A DNA stretch of 64,000 nucleotides, from the IMG/VR virus record IMGVR_UViG_3300027804_000050, positions 42,109 through 106,108 of that record. One strand, written 5' to 3'. Shown here piece by piece: positions 19,188 through 29,116 of the stretch; position 1 is the stretch's first letter, and the number at the start of each line of letters is the position of its first letter. The stretch is from a virus. The notes under the pieces are model-generated. The model was not told the DNA's origin, did not search any database, and worked only from the letters and a program-made list of their open reading frames with translations. The translations under genes were made by a program, and so were the position numbers.

Positions 19188-21680
19188 ATGGATTACTTAA
19201 GCCAATTATTAGAAAGCTACGATAAGCTCAAGAAAAGAAAATTTAAATTAGTTTACATTGAAGAAGCGGCTGTTCAATTAGATCCTGAAGCTCAAAAAAA
19301 AGTAGACACTTATATTGCAACTGCACAATCAAAAGCTGAAGTACCTTCTCCTGATAATAAAACTCCAGTAGTAGAAGTTCCAGAAAGTAATGTTTGGGTA
19401 GCTAAAGAAGGTAAGACTGCGGGACAAGTTGTGTTTGATGGATTCCCCGGTCCAAGAAAAGGAAAAGCTTTTGCTTTGTCAGGGTCATCTAATGCAAAAC
19501 AAAATTATAATGATTTTGTTAAATTATTATCAGGCCAACAATCCGATTCGCAACAACAAGCTAGTGCAGAGGATCAAACTGTAGCAACTCCTATTGTTCC
19601 TGAAGTTCCACAAATAGACGATATTTCTGCCGATACTCTTCAAAATTCTTTTAATGCTTTAAAAAATTATTGTAGAGATAATAATTATAATTCTCCAATA
19701 TGTAAAGAAAAAGGTTTTGGAAAAACAAGCACATCTACAGGAAATATTTTTACAGGTAAAGATTCGACAAGTGTATACGGAAGATTAGCTTTAGGAGCGC
19801 GAATAGTGTATGATCCTGTTCAACAGGGTTTAGTACAACAAAAATTAGATGATGCTAATATAGATATTGCAACTGAAGCATATAGAAAATTAGTGGATGC
19901 TGCAATAAAAAAAGAAAATAGTTGTGAAGATTTTACAAAATCAATTGGATTAATTTATGGCAAGGATGGAGAAACTTTATCAAAAATTCTACTAAAAACA
20001 AATTCAGGAGATGATGCTGAAGGAGTTTTGGTTAAAGCAGGCGCATATGAAACGGCTTTGCTTTCAATGGCTCATAAAAATTGTACCTCTGCTAAAAGAA
20101 AACAAAGAACAACTTTATCAATTGTGCAAGATGGATCTAAGAGCCAAATAAAAGGATCTTTATCTGAAGCAACTGTAGATTTTCATTATCTAATGTTACG
20201 ATATAAATCAAATATTTCATTAAAAGAAAAAGAAGACATTAGAAAATTCATGGCTCAATATCTACAAGATAAAATTTTTACCATACAAAAATTAGCTCAA
20301 GATTTAAGTAATATAGAAGAAACTGCTACTGATGTTGAAACTACTTTTATGAATGAAGTATTACAAGAAGAAGCTTTAAAATCTTCTAATACATTAGAAC
20401 TACAGAAATTTTTAGCAAGAGAATTATTTTACCAAAGAAAAATAATAAATGATTTTTTCCCTAACGCAGTTTGTGCTTTCAATTCTGCTGAAGCTGGTCC
20501 ACCAAAAACAGGAGAAAGACCTGATAGACAATTTATCTACACCTCAAAACAGTTAGCCATACAAGATTTCTTACAAAGAAATCCTAATTCTGTAGCAGAG
20601 GAAGTTGAACTAGAAGAAGTTACTTTGCGACAATTGAGACAAGTAATAAAAGCTAGATGTGGTGGAGATCCTAATTGTAAATCTCAAAAAGATTTTGATG
20701 CAATGCTTAGGTCTGGTGGTCTTTATGAAGCTGGTGATTCAACCAAAGTTTTTTTTATCTCTGCTGGATTAAAGAGATATTCGCAATTAGATCACATTAC
20801 ATTAGGCACAGTAGCAAGTACAAATAGAATGGATGATTTATTTACTCCAAATTATACTGGAGATTCTCAACTTTCTGAAGGATTTTTAGATTTAGTAGAT
20901 CGAAGATTAGAATTAGATTCAACTTCTTATGAAAGTATGATGGCTTTCCATGAAGATTCAAAAAAAGAAAGAAAAACTATTGAATCAACTATAACATCAA
21001 ATTACACTGTAGATACAGGAAAAAAACCTGATTTAGCAGATCCTATTCAAGTAATAAAAAGAGTATCAAGTATCATAGGAGAAAAAACTTTAAAAACAAA
21101 TGAGTATGCTTCAGAAATTTTAAAGCTAACGGAAAAGGCTACAAAACTAAAAAAAGATTCAGAGGGTAATATCATTGATAAAACTTCTGTTATACCTAGA
21201 TTAAGCCATAAACTAGTAAAATTTAAATTAATTAATAAACTTCAGAACTCTTTGAGTTCAATGAATTTAAAAGAGAAAAAAGCTTGTGAAGACTATTTAT
21301 TGAGACAATTATTAATTACTGGATCTACAAAAGATTCGAATATGTATCAAACAATTATACCAGATAATGGGAAAAGTTCAGTCATAAGACATAACGAAAT
21401 TTTTGATACCATTTTAACATCTAGAAAAAAAGGTAAATTAAAAATAGAAGTAACTGGATCGGGAGCTAGATTTATTGATGCAGAGTCCAATCTATTTATA
21501 GACTTGAATATGAGCACTTCTGGAAAAGATGGAATTAGTTTTAAAGCTAAACTAAATAAAAATACAATAGAAAAATTAAATAAAATTCAACCAACACAAG
21601 TTAGTGAACAAGAACAATTAGAATTATTCAAAGAATTTTTTAAGATACAAGAAAAGATATTAAAATCAATTAATCAATAA
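19188..21680 (+). CDS. 830-aa hypothetical protein
   Basis: Long ORF; N-terminal MDYLSQLLE leader. Confidence 0.6.
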   Translation: MDYLSQLLESYDKLKKRKFKLVYIEEAAVQLDPEAQKKVDTYIATAQSKAEVPSPDNKTPVVEVPESNVWVAKEGKTAGQVVFDGFPGPRKGKAFALSGSSNAKQNYNDFVKLLSGQQSDSQQQASAEDQTVATPIVPEVPQIDDISADTLQNSFNALKNYCRDNNYNSPICKEKGFGKTSTSTGNIFTGKDSTSVYGRLALGARIVYDPVQQGLVQQKLDDANIDIATEAYRKLVDAAIKKENSCEDFTKSIGLIYGKDGETLSKILLKTNSGDDAEGVLVKAGAYETALLSMAHKNCTSAKRKQRTTLSIVQDGSKSQIKGSLSEATVDFHYLMLRYKSNISLKEKEDIRKFMAQYLQDKIFTIQKLAQDLSNIEETATDVETTFMNEVLQEEALKSSNTLELQKFLARELFYQRKIINDFFPNAVCAFNSAEAGPPKTGERPDRQFIYTSKQLAIQDFLQRNPNSVAEEVELEEVTLRQLRQVIKARCGGDPNCKSQKDFDAMLRSGGLYEAGDSTKVFFISAGLKRYSQLDHITLGTVASTNRMDDLFTPNYTGDSQLSEGFLDLVDRRLELDSTSYESMMAFHEDSKKERKTIESTITSNYTVDTGKKPDLADPIQVIKRVSSIIGEKTLKTNEYASEILKLTEKATKLKKDSEGNIIDKTSVIPRLSHKLVKFKLINKLQNSLSSMNLKEKKACEDYLLRQLLITGSTKDSNMYQTIIPDNGKSSVIRHNEIFDTILTSRKKGKLKIEVTGSGARFIDAESNLFIDLNMSTSGKDGISFKAKLNKNTIEKLNKIQPTQVSEQEQLELFKEFFKIQEKILKSINQ

Positions 21681-22185
21681 ATATATTATCTGGATATTTT
21701 AATATTTCATCTAGTAAATTTATCTCATACTGCTCAAACCCTATGGTATTATAGAGTCTGGGCAGTATGTTTTTTTTCGAGATTGTTACTGTAGGTTGTC
21801 TATCTTGTTGAAAAATAATTATAAAATCTTTTTTAGCATTTACAGAATCTCTTTCAGCTTTTATTATAAAATCCCATAATTCTGAACTCTTATTAAATAG
21901 ACTACTAATACTTACTTTGTTATATCCTTTTTTACACTCAATGATATATTTAAATTTTAAAGGAGTAATCAAATCGCCATAAACTTTCAGATGATCTGGA
22001 AGACTGTGTGTGGTGGCGAAGGCTCCCGAACCCGGAGTTCTGGCAAACTCTATTGTATTGAATCTATCATTAAGTAGGGAACATATTTTTCTTTCAAATG
22101 TGTTTCCCTTGGAGCGGCTGTTAATCTTTTTCTTTTTGGAAAGTTTTTCTTTAATCAAATTTAAATCATAGGAATCTTGTAACAT
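21670..22185 (-). CDS. Holliday junction resolvase-like PD-(D/E)xK nuclease
   Basis: SRSKGNTFER, RTPGSGA, GDLI and IECKK motifs. Confidence 0.8.
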   Translation of the reverse strand: MLQDSYDLNLIKEKLSKKKKINSRSKGNTFERKICSLLNDRFNTIEFARTPGSGAFATTHSLPDHLKVYGDLITPLKFKYIIECKKGYNKVSISSLFNKSSELWDFIIKAERDSVNAKKDFIIIFQQDRQPTVTISKKNILPRLYNTIGFEQYEINLLDEILKYPDNIFID

Positions 22186-22584
22186 ATGGAACCTCAGAAC
22201 TATTATAGTACAACTGCTCCTGAAGAAAAGGTCTTCAAGGCAGAAGTTAAACCAAATGAAACCGTAAGCTTTGATTTTTCAAAGTGGAAGATACGAAACC
22301 AAACTCGTAGAAATGGATTGAATATGAGACTGATTATTAATCTAGATAAAGATCAATCATTGGCTTTCAAGAACTTCACAAAGATTGTGAAGCCTCAGGA
22401 GGTATCTGATGATGATTTCATAAAGACTATTTTCCTAACTGGAGTTGAGACTATGAACGATAAGCTCACTCAACTGATAAAGCAATATGCAAAGGAAAAT
22501 AAAGCTGATCTAGAATCCTCGGGAATCTCTGTCATCGAAGGAGATGATGGTGATGTTACGCTCGCAGAAACCCCAAACCAATGA
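22186..22584 (+). CDS. Hypothetical protein (start uncertain, possibly 22323)
   Basis: ORF track; phage-like codon usage. Confidence 0.55.
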   Translation: MEPQNYYSTTAPEEKVFKAEVKPNETVSFDFSKWKIRNQTRRNGLNMRLIINLDKDQSLAFKNFTKIVKPQEVSDDDFIKTIFLTGVETMNDKLTQLIKQYAKENKADLESSGISVIEGDDGDVTLAETPNQ

Positions 22585-22591
22585 TTTGAAT

Positions 22592-22909
22592 ATGTTTAAA
22601 CTCACTTTTCTGAGTAAGGAAAACGACCTTAACAAAGTACTCAGAAATCAAAAGAGAGACAGGAATACAATCAATTTATTGTTTGTATCCTTGTGGGACG
22701 AGCATTGCAACATTCTCCTTGATAAGTTGAAGGAGAAGTACAAGGATGATTTTGGAGAGGAAATTTTTGTCGTAGATAGCTTTCACATGCCTCATAGTTT
22801 TGTAATTTATGAAGTTGTGAAGGTTCCTCAACTAGTGGTTGTAGGCAAGGTGCATACTCAGATCGAAGAGTACTTACCTAAGATTTATGATTACTTCCGT
22901 CTGGAGTGA
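22592..22909 (+). CDS. Thioredoxin-fold protein lacking full CxxC
   Basis: LLFVSLWDEHC...VVD...Y.V.KVPQLVV pattern. Confidence 0.6.
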   Translation: MFKLTFLSKENDLNKVLRNQKRDRNTINLLFVSLWDEHCNILLDKLKEKYKDDFGEEIFVVDSFHMPHSFVIYEVVKVPQLVVVGKVHTQIEEYLPKIYDYFRLE

Positions 22910-23246
22910 TATCCTCTGTCTTAGAATCAATGTAATTCTTAATCTTTGTTTCATATCGTTTGTTTTTTGTATAAAGTAACTTCAAATTATGAATAATAAT
23001 TGTAGTGAAATAATTAAAAGCTGTACCTTTACTGTGGTTAAAGTTTGGTAGAGTTTTTAATATCAACAAAAAACAATCTTGCTTGGCATCATCCTTGTCA
23101 AGTTTAAACTTAAAGGATTCTATAATGTTCTCCACGAGTATGTCGAACATCTTAATAAGTTCGGCTTCGTGAGCTTTAGGGTCCTTTTTGTATTTTTTAA
23201 TTAACTTTTCGAAATCCTTGTTATTTATATAATTTTTCTGACTCAT
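22878..23246 (-). CDS. gp55: Late-transcription sigma factor (T4 gp55-like)
   Basis: NYINNKDF, D..QD, NFN.SKGTAFNYFTTII motifs. Confidence 0.8.
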   Translation of the reverse strand: MSQKNYINNKDFEKLIKKYKKDPKAHEAELIKMFDILVENIIESFKFKLDKDDAKQDCFLLILKTLPNFNHSKGTAFNYFTTIIIHNLKLLYTKNKRYETKIKNYIDSKTEDITPDGSNHKS

Positions 23247-23262
23247 AGCCTATCATACCTAT

Positions 23263-24285
23263 ATGGATCTAGAAAGACTGTATAAGGGTCTGGTTATTGC
23301 TCCAGATAACCCTCTTTGCTCAGGCTGTGTCATTTTGACTAAGACAAAGCCTTGCTATGCTGTTTTAGATTATGAACAGCAGGATCAATCCGATGTCCTA
23401 TTCCTATCTGATTCATTAAAGTCCAGATTTGGAAAGACTTATGCATTTACTGATGCAGAAGAAGAGATAATCAAACAAATTTTTAATAAACCGTTCGCCA
23501 CGGCTGCTTCTGTTAAGTGCCCTTCTGTTAAAGAAGGCGATATGAATCCAGCCAGCATGAATGCTTGTCGCAATCATCTTAACGCCACTATAGATAAAAT
23601 TAAACCAAAGTTGGTTTATGCTTGTGGCAACCTTGCCATGAAGATGTTAATTAAGAAAAGTGGCATAACAGATAAGAGGGGTAATTCCTACGACTTCGAA
23701 ACTCCTAATGGGCATAAGTGTGTGGTAGTTCCTATCCTACATCCTTATGCCATTATTCAAGAACCTAGGCACAAGCCAGTTTTTGAAACTGATATAGCTA
23801 ATGGATATAACAAACATATCTTGGGGAATGTTAAGCAAACTAAGATGGATTATACTTTGGTTGAATCCATAGCATCCCTGACAGATTTTTGTTATTGGCT
23901 AAAGAAATACGAAAAACCTATTGCTGTAGATATCGAAACCACTGGGCTAGACTTTCTGAAGGATAGCATTATGACAATTGCTATTGCTACAGATGAGCGT
24001 TCTGCCGTAATCCCTATTCATCATAAGGAACACGATTGGTCCAAAGTATCTGATTATGTTGATCATGCTGAAATCTATGATCTAATCAGGTACGGTTTGA
24101 ATAGCAAAGCAATTAAAGTTTTACACAATGCAAAGTTCGATCTCAAGTTCATGAAGAAGTGTGGTATTAATTTTGGTCCTATTGCGGATACTAAAATGAT
24201 GGCTCACATGGTAAATGAAGAGGGTAAGAATTCCTTGAAGGATCTTGTCAAGCAATATTTCCCTGAGTACTTGGAGAAACTCTAA
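23263..24285 (+). CDS. DNA polymerase A part 1: UDG family 4-like domain plus 3'-5' exonuclease ExoI/II
   Basis: CxxC, VKCP, AC and HP motifs of the Fe-S UDG fold; VDIETTGL (ExoI); HNAKFD (ExoII). Confidence 0.85.
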   Translation: MDLERLYKGLVIAPDNPLCSGCVILTKTKPCYAVLDYEQQDQSDVLFLSDSLKSRFGKTYAFTDAEEEIIKQIFNKPFATAASVKCPSVKEGDMNPASMNACRNHLNATIDKIKPKLVYACGNLAMKMLIKKSGITDKRGNSYDFETPNGHKCVVVPILHPYAIIQEPRHKPVFETDIANGYNKHILGNVKQTKMDYTLVESIASLTDFCYWLKKYEKPIAVDIETTGLDFLKDSIMTIAIATDERSAVIPIHHKEHDWSKVSDYVDHAEIYDLIRYGLNSKAIKVLHNAKFDLKFMKKCGINFGPIADTKMMAHMVNEEGKNSLKDLVKQYFPEYLEKL

Positions 24286-24779
24286 TGCTTGGTATTGAAA
24301 ACCCTAATAAGTTTGATTGGGCCAACATATCTTTGTCTGCTTGTGCTAATGGAAATTATGCAGACGCACACTACACTTTGCAAATTTATCATATCTTGTA
24401 TGAAAGAATGCAGGAACTGGGGATGACTAAATTATATGATAATGTAATCTCCCCTGCGATCAATGAGTTTGCAGATATAGAATATCATGGCATCAATGTA
24501 TCCACTAATAAATTAAATGAGGTTGGTAAAGTTCTTCGTGATGCTAACATTGAAGCAGAGGATTTCTTGTACACTTGTAAAGGTGTGCAAAAAACAGACA
24601 ACCTATCCTCTAATAATGATCTAATCGAAGTTATGTATACACGAGAAGGCGGGTTGGAGTTGTATCCACCTGATAAGACTGCAAAAGGATCCCCTTCTGT
24701 CTCTGCCCCAACATTAACAATCCTACTAGACTTTATTAATCAGGAGCTAGAATCCCGTGGCAAAGTGGAAAAATCGTGA
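24285..24779 (+). CDS. DNA polymerase A part 2: ExoIII and thumb N-part
   Basis: GNYADAHYT (ExoIII-like), IEYHGINV, NLSS..DL and KTAKGSPSV motifs. Confidence 0.8.
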   Translation: MLGIENPNKFDWANISLSACANGNYADAHYTLQIYHILYERMQELGMTKLYDNVISPAINEFADIEYHGINVSTNKLNEVGKVLRDANIEAEDFLYTCKGVQKTDNLSSNNDLIEVMYTREGGLELYPPDKTAKGSPSVSAPTLTILLDFINQELESRGKVEKS

Positions 24780-25869
24780 AGAAAATAAGGATATCGCCAA
24801 GTCGGTTGTCTCCCACAAGACAATTGAACAATTGCGTGAATCCAAAAAGTTTATTGAAGGATTGCTTGAACTACGCAAGTCTGAAAAGTTGGAAAAGACT
24901 TACATTCAAGGAACTAAATCTGCCATTGAATACAATGGTAACAATAAAGTTTATGTAGACTTCCGTTTTGATGGGACCGCCACAGGGCGGTTATCTTGTG
25001 CTGCGTATTCTGCAAAGGAAGATATGGGGGTATCTTTCCATACTTTGCCTAGAGATACTAAGCATAATATTAGATCCATATTTGTAGCTCCTAAAGGTCA
25101 TGCTTTTATCACCGTGGACTATGCAGCCATGGAACTTAGAGTTCTAGCTCATATTGCCAAGGAAAAGATTATGCAAAAAGCATTCATTGATGGGGCTGAC
25201 CTGCATACTTACACAGCCGAGCTACTCTTTAATAAAAAGACCATCAGCAAGGAAGAGCGTCAGATTGCAAAGACTGTATCCTTCTTGATTGTATATGGTG
25301 GAGGTGCCTTTAATCTTTCAGAAACAATGGGTATCCCCATGAAGAGGGCAGAAAAGATTATCGAAAACTACAGGAAAGTGTACCCCGGTATTTTCTCTTA
25401 CATGGAGCATGTAAACAGATTCATTAGAGAAAATCATTATGCTTATACCATCTTCGGTCGCCGTAGAAATCTTCCTGATGTAACTTCAGAAGACCAGACC
25501 GTAGTCAATAGAGCACTTCGTCAAGGACTAAATTTTACAATTCAAAGCACAGCATCAGATATACTTCTATGTGGATTGCTAGGCTGCTGCAAGGAGTTTA
25601 GCAAAAAAGGATTCCTAGCTCGTCCAGTAGCTACGGTGCATGACAGCTTGGAGGTAATTTGTCCTTTTAATGAAGTAGAACAAGTTTTGGAAATTATCCA
25701 TGAACAACTTGTGAATGTGCCTATAATAAAGCAAGTGTTCAATCTTGAGTTTTCTGTGCCTCTTAAGATTGATGCTGAGGTAGGTCATTCGTTCGGGGAT
25801 GGCAAAGAAGTTCACTATCTTAATGGCAAGGTACAGAACATAACTGAAATCCTAGACTATATAAAATGA
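24757..25869 (+). CDS. polA: DNA polymerase A part 3: palm and fingers
   Basis: GTATGRLS, motif A DYAAMELRVLAH, motif B RQIAKTVSFLIVYG, motif C VHDS; GGAG RBS before the GTG start. Confidence 0.93.
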   Translation: MAKWKNREENKDIAKSVVSHKTIEQLRESKKFIEGLLELRKSEKLEKTYIQGTKSAIEYNGNNKVYVDFRFDGTATGRLSCAAYSAKEDMGVSFHTLPRDTKHNIRSIFVAPKGHAFITVDYAAMELRVLAHIAKEKIMQKAFIDGADLHTYTAELLFNKKTISKEERQIAKTVSFLIVYGGGAFNLSETMGIPMKRAEKIIENYRKVYPGIFSYMEHVNRFIRENHYAYTIFGRRRNLPDVTSEDQTVVNRALRQGLNFTIQSTASDILLCGLLGCCKEFSKKGFLARPVATVHDSLEVICPFNEVEQVLEIIHEQLVNVPIIKQVFNLEFSVPLKIDAEVGHSFGDGKEVHYLNGKVQNITEILDYIK

Positions 25870-26546
25870 GAGTTGATTGTTTAGATAAAGGATATGTTGA
25901 GTTAATTACTCATACAGAAAAGGGGGATTTACTTGTCGTTAACGCTGCTAGATGTTCCTTTGATAAAGAACATAAAGAATTTGATAATGAAAGAGATATT
26001 AAACTTATCTCTTATCTTGCACGGCATGGGCATCTTTTACCCTTCAGACATCCCCACGCAACTTTCCGTATCCACTGCCCTATTTTTGTCCTTCGCCAGT
26101 TAGGCAAGCATCAAGTAGGTTTTAGTTGGTCAGAAGTTTCCAGAAGGTATATAACTACGGAGCCAGAGTTTCATGTACCAGAGAACTGGAGATCTAAGGC
26201 TCCCAATGTAAAGCAGGGAAGTTCTGAAGAAATATCTTATTGGAGCAAAAACTGCAAGGATGATGCTAACTTTTTAATTAAAGATGCACTATTCTATTAC
26301 AATATGATGCTCAAAAATGGGGTTTGTCCTGAGCAAGCTAGAATGATTCTACCACAATCAATGTACACTACCACAGTCGTTACAGGTAGTCTTTTGGGGT
26401 GGCATCATTTATTTGATCAGAGGACAGATGCACACGCTCAAAAAGAAACCCAAGACTACGCCAAAGCTATTGGATTTATAATGAACAACATATATCCTAT
26501 TAGCTGGAAAGCCCTATGTGATGAAAAAAACGCAGATAATCGGTGA
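25866..26546 (+). CDS. thyX: Flavin-dependent thymidylate synthase
   Basis: VNAARCSF, H..PF.H, RQL.KH...SWSEVSRRY, PEQARMILP, HAQKE motifs. Confidence 0.95.
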   Translation: MRVDCLDKGYVELITHTEKGDLLVVNAARCSFDKEHKEFDNERDIKLISYLARHGHLLPFRHPHATFRIHCPIFVLRQLGKHQVGFSWSEVSRRYITTEPEFHVPENWRSKAPNVKQGSSEEISYWSKNCKDDANFLIKDALFYYNMMLKNGVCPEQARMILPQSMYTTTVVTGSLLGWHHLFDQRTDAHAQKETQDYAKAIGFIMNNIYPISWKALCDEKNADNR

Positions 26547-27510
26547 TGTTCATCTTGATGATCGATACATAGGATATTTAGATTTTCAAGTACAAACAAT
26601 AAAAAAGATAATCGACTCAGAAAATTGCCAAGATATTATTTTTCTAGGAGATTTATTTGAAAAAAGATCTCCTAGTCCAAAAGTTTTACTAGCACTTCAA
26701 ACTATTTTAGATTATATACCCAGAGATAAAAAAGTATATCTTCTAAGAGGTAACCATTGTTCGCAAACCAAAGCGGACGATGGTCTTACAGCATTATCTT
26801 TGTTTGAATATAAAAGAAATGTTACTGTAATAAAACACACGAGATCTGTAAATGGCTATACTTTTATTCCTCATTACGAAAACGAAAGAACTATTATCGA
26901 AGACCTTTCTAGGGTTCCTGATGCTGATATCGTTTTGGGGCATTTTGGCTTTAATGGTTGCCTTAATCCTATGGGGGACCCTGATTTTAATATTTCAGTG
27001 GATATGTTTACCAATAGAACTTTTTTGGGGCACATTCATCACTATAAAGAAACAAAAGAAATCACAATAGTTGGAACGCCATACAGCACCTCATTCCAAG
27101 AAGCAAACAAAGATAGTTACTATGCTGTAGTTGACACTAAGGGTAACTATAAGATGAAGCCTATAAATTTCGGTATTCGTCATTTGGTAATGGATTTGAG
27201 CGAAGTTGTACAGAACAAGGAATTTATCGAAAATGATAATTACTATACTATTTTGAGAGTAATGGTTAACACTTTGGATAAGGATCAAGATAATTTACGA
27301 GAGATTCTAGACCAAGTAAGACCTATGCATATTGATATTAAATATAAGCCAATTGTGGACGAAAAGAAACCACAAAGCACTTATGATCCAGAACAAATTA
27401 TAACCAGAGTGGATGAAAATTTAATCCTAGACTACATAAACAATACCAATACAACTTTAAGCAAGCAGGAACTAATGGATGGTTTGAAGGTTATAAATGA
27501 AAATCAATAG
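26518..27510 (+). CDS. gp47: Recombination nuclease (gp47/SbcD/Mre11-like)
   Basis: GDVH, LGDLF, GNH, GHF and GHIH metallophosphoesterase motifs. Confidence 0.9.
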   Translation: MMKKTQIIGDVHLDDRYIGYLDFQVQTIKKIIDSENCQDIIFLGDLFEKRSPSPKVLLALQTILDYIPRDKKVYLLRGNHCSQTKADDGLTALSLFEYKRNVTVIKHTRSVNGYTFIPHYENERTIIEDLSRVPDADIVLGHFGFNGCLNPMGDPDFNISVDMFTNRTFLGHIHHYKETKEITIVGTPYSTSFQEANKDSYYAVVDTKGNYKMKPINFGIRHLVMDLSEVVQNKEFIENDNYYTILRVMVNTLDKDQDNLREILDQVRPMHIDIKYKPIVDEKKPQSTYDPEQIITRVDENLILDYINNTNTTLSKQELMDGLKVINENQ

Positions 27511-29116
27511 AATAGAAATAAAGAATTTCTATTCCATTCGTGACATCAAAATTAATTTTGATAATCACAGTGGGATAGTTTTAATTGAAGGTAAGAACAA
27601 GGACATTGGTGGGTCCAACGGATCTGGCAAGAGTTCCATAATCGAGGCTGTTGTATGGGGGATCTTTGGTAGAACGATTCGTAAATCTACCGAGGAAGCC
27701 CTGATCAATGTATACGATACTAAAAATTGCTCTGTTCAGATTACATTAAATAACAATATAACTATCCACCGGAGCAAGAAACCCACATTTCTTAAGTTTT
27801 TTGTGGGAGAAGAGGACAAGACTCAGGATAGCAGTTTAAAAACTCAAGAGCTTATAGAGAGTATTTTAAATAGTAACTATAAGACTTTCTTAGCATCAAC
27901 TATTTTTGGACAACATAATAATGTTGATTTCATTGATGCTTCCCCAGAGGACAAGAGATTAATAATTAAGAATTTCTTAAATCTAGATGAGATATTTAAT
28001 AAAAGAGATTCTGTAAAAGATTTAAAATCTAATTATAATAATGAACTAAAGACTTTAGAAGCTTTAGCCTCTGACACTACCTCAAGTTTAAATAAACTTT
28101 CTTCTAAGTTAAATGATATAGATGAAGGAGAAAGAAAATTTTTACAAGATAATGATTTAGAGGAAGATGATTTGCTGAAATATGATATTGATAAAATTTT
28201 ACGGTTAGAATCTGAAAGGGATGATTTGAATCGTAAAATCAAAGAAGAGGAAAAACTTATTTCACAAACTTTAAAGTCTATTGATATTTGTGAAAAAGAA
28301 ATATCATCTTTAGAAAATAAAAAGATTTCTAAATGCCCAACCTGTGGTAATGAATCTAAGATAAATGTAAAAGAAAAAATAAAAAAATTACAAGGGGATC
28401 TTTATATTTACAAGAATGTTCACCATTTAGAACAAACAAAGTATCTTGCAGAATACAAAACTTCTTTATCTAAGATACACATACCCCTACCATCATCTAA
28501 ATATAAAATAATTAATGAGTGGAAGGATCTTAAATCTAAAAAAGATTATTTATTAGAATCTAAAAAGGAATTGGAGACTAAATTAGATGACTTGGCAAAA
28601 GATAAATCTAAACTTCTTCGTAGTTTAGAAGTGATGAAGTTTTGGGAAAAAGCATTTTCTGAAACAGGTTTAATTAAATACATTATAAGAAACATCTTAA
28701 ACTTCTTCAATGGAAAAGTAAATTATTACTTATCTTATCTTTCCAATGGTAAATTTATCATCAAATTTGACGAAGAATTAAATGAGAAAATCTATACAAA
28801 TGGAAAACAATTGTCTTTTATATCCCTATCGGGTGGAGAAAAGCGCAAGATTAGCCTAGCTGTGATGCTGGGTCTTCAAAGCTTACTCACTAATACAAAA
28901 CGAGATAGCACTAACTTGATGTTTTTGGATGAAGTAGGTGAGAATTTAGATCAAGATGGTCTGGATGGACTCTACATACTTCTATCCGAATTGAAGAAAG
29001 ATAAGACTTTATTCATAATAACACACAACAACTATCTTAAATCTTTAATTGATGGTTGCAAGGTGCTAACCGTAACAAAACAACATGGCGTGTCGTATCT
29101 TTCAAGGAGATCATAA
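27497..29116 (+). CDS. gp46: Recombination ATPase (gp46/SbcC/Rad50-like)
   Basis: GSNGSGKS Walker A, CPTC hook, LSGGE signature, LDE and ITH motifs. Confidence 0.93.
   Translation: MKINRIEIKNFYSIRDIKINFDNHSGIVLIEGKNKDIGGSNGSGKSSIIEAVVWGIFGRTIRKSTEEALINVYDTKNCSVQITLNNNITIHRSKKPTFLKFFVGEEDKTQDSSLKTQELIESILNSNYKTFLASTIFGQHNNVDFIDASPEDKRLIIKNFLNLDEIFNKRDSVKDLKSNYNNELKTLEALASDTTSSLNKLSSKLNDIDEGERKFLQDNDLEEDDLLKYDIDKILRLESERDDLNRKIKEEEKLISQTLKSIDICEKEISSLENKKISKCPTCGNESKINVKEKIKKLQGDLYIYKNVHHLEQTKYLAEYKTSLSKIHIPLPSSKYKIINEWKDLKSKKDYLLESKKELETKLDDLAKDKSKLLRSLEVMKFWEKAFSETGLIKYIIRNILNFFNGKVNYYLSYLSNGKFIIKFDEELNEKIYTNGKQLSFISLSGGEKRKISLAVMLGLQSLLTNTKRDSTNLMFLDEVGENLDQDGLDGLYILLSELKKDKTLFIITHNNYLKSLIDGCKVLTVTKQHGVSYLSRRS

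Noticed and set aside
23263-25869. Stop-codon reassignment, intron or intein as cause of the polymerase split
   Set aside because: The parts are in different frames with overlapping ends, there is no intervening sequence or intein termini, other genes are intact in code 11, and no suppressor tRNA is seen.
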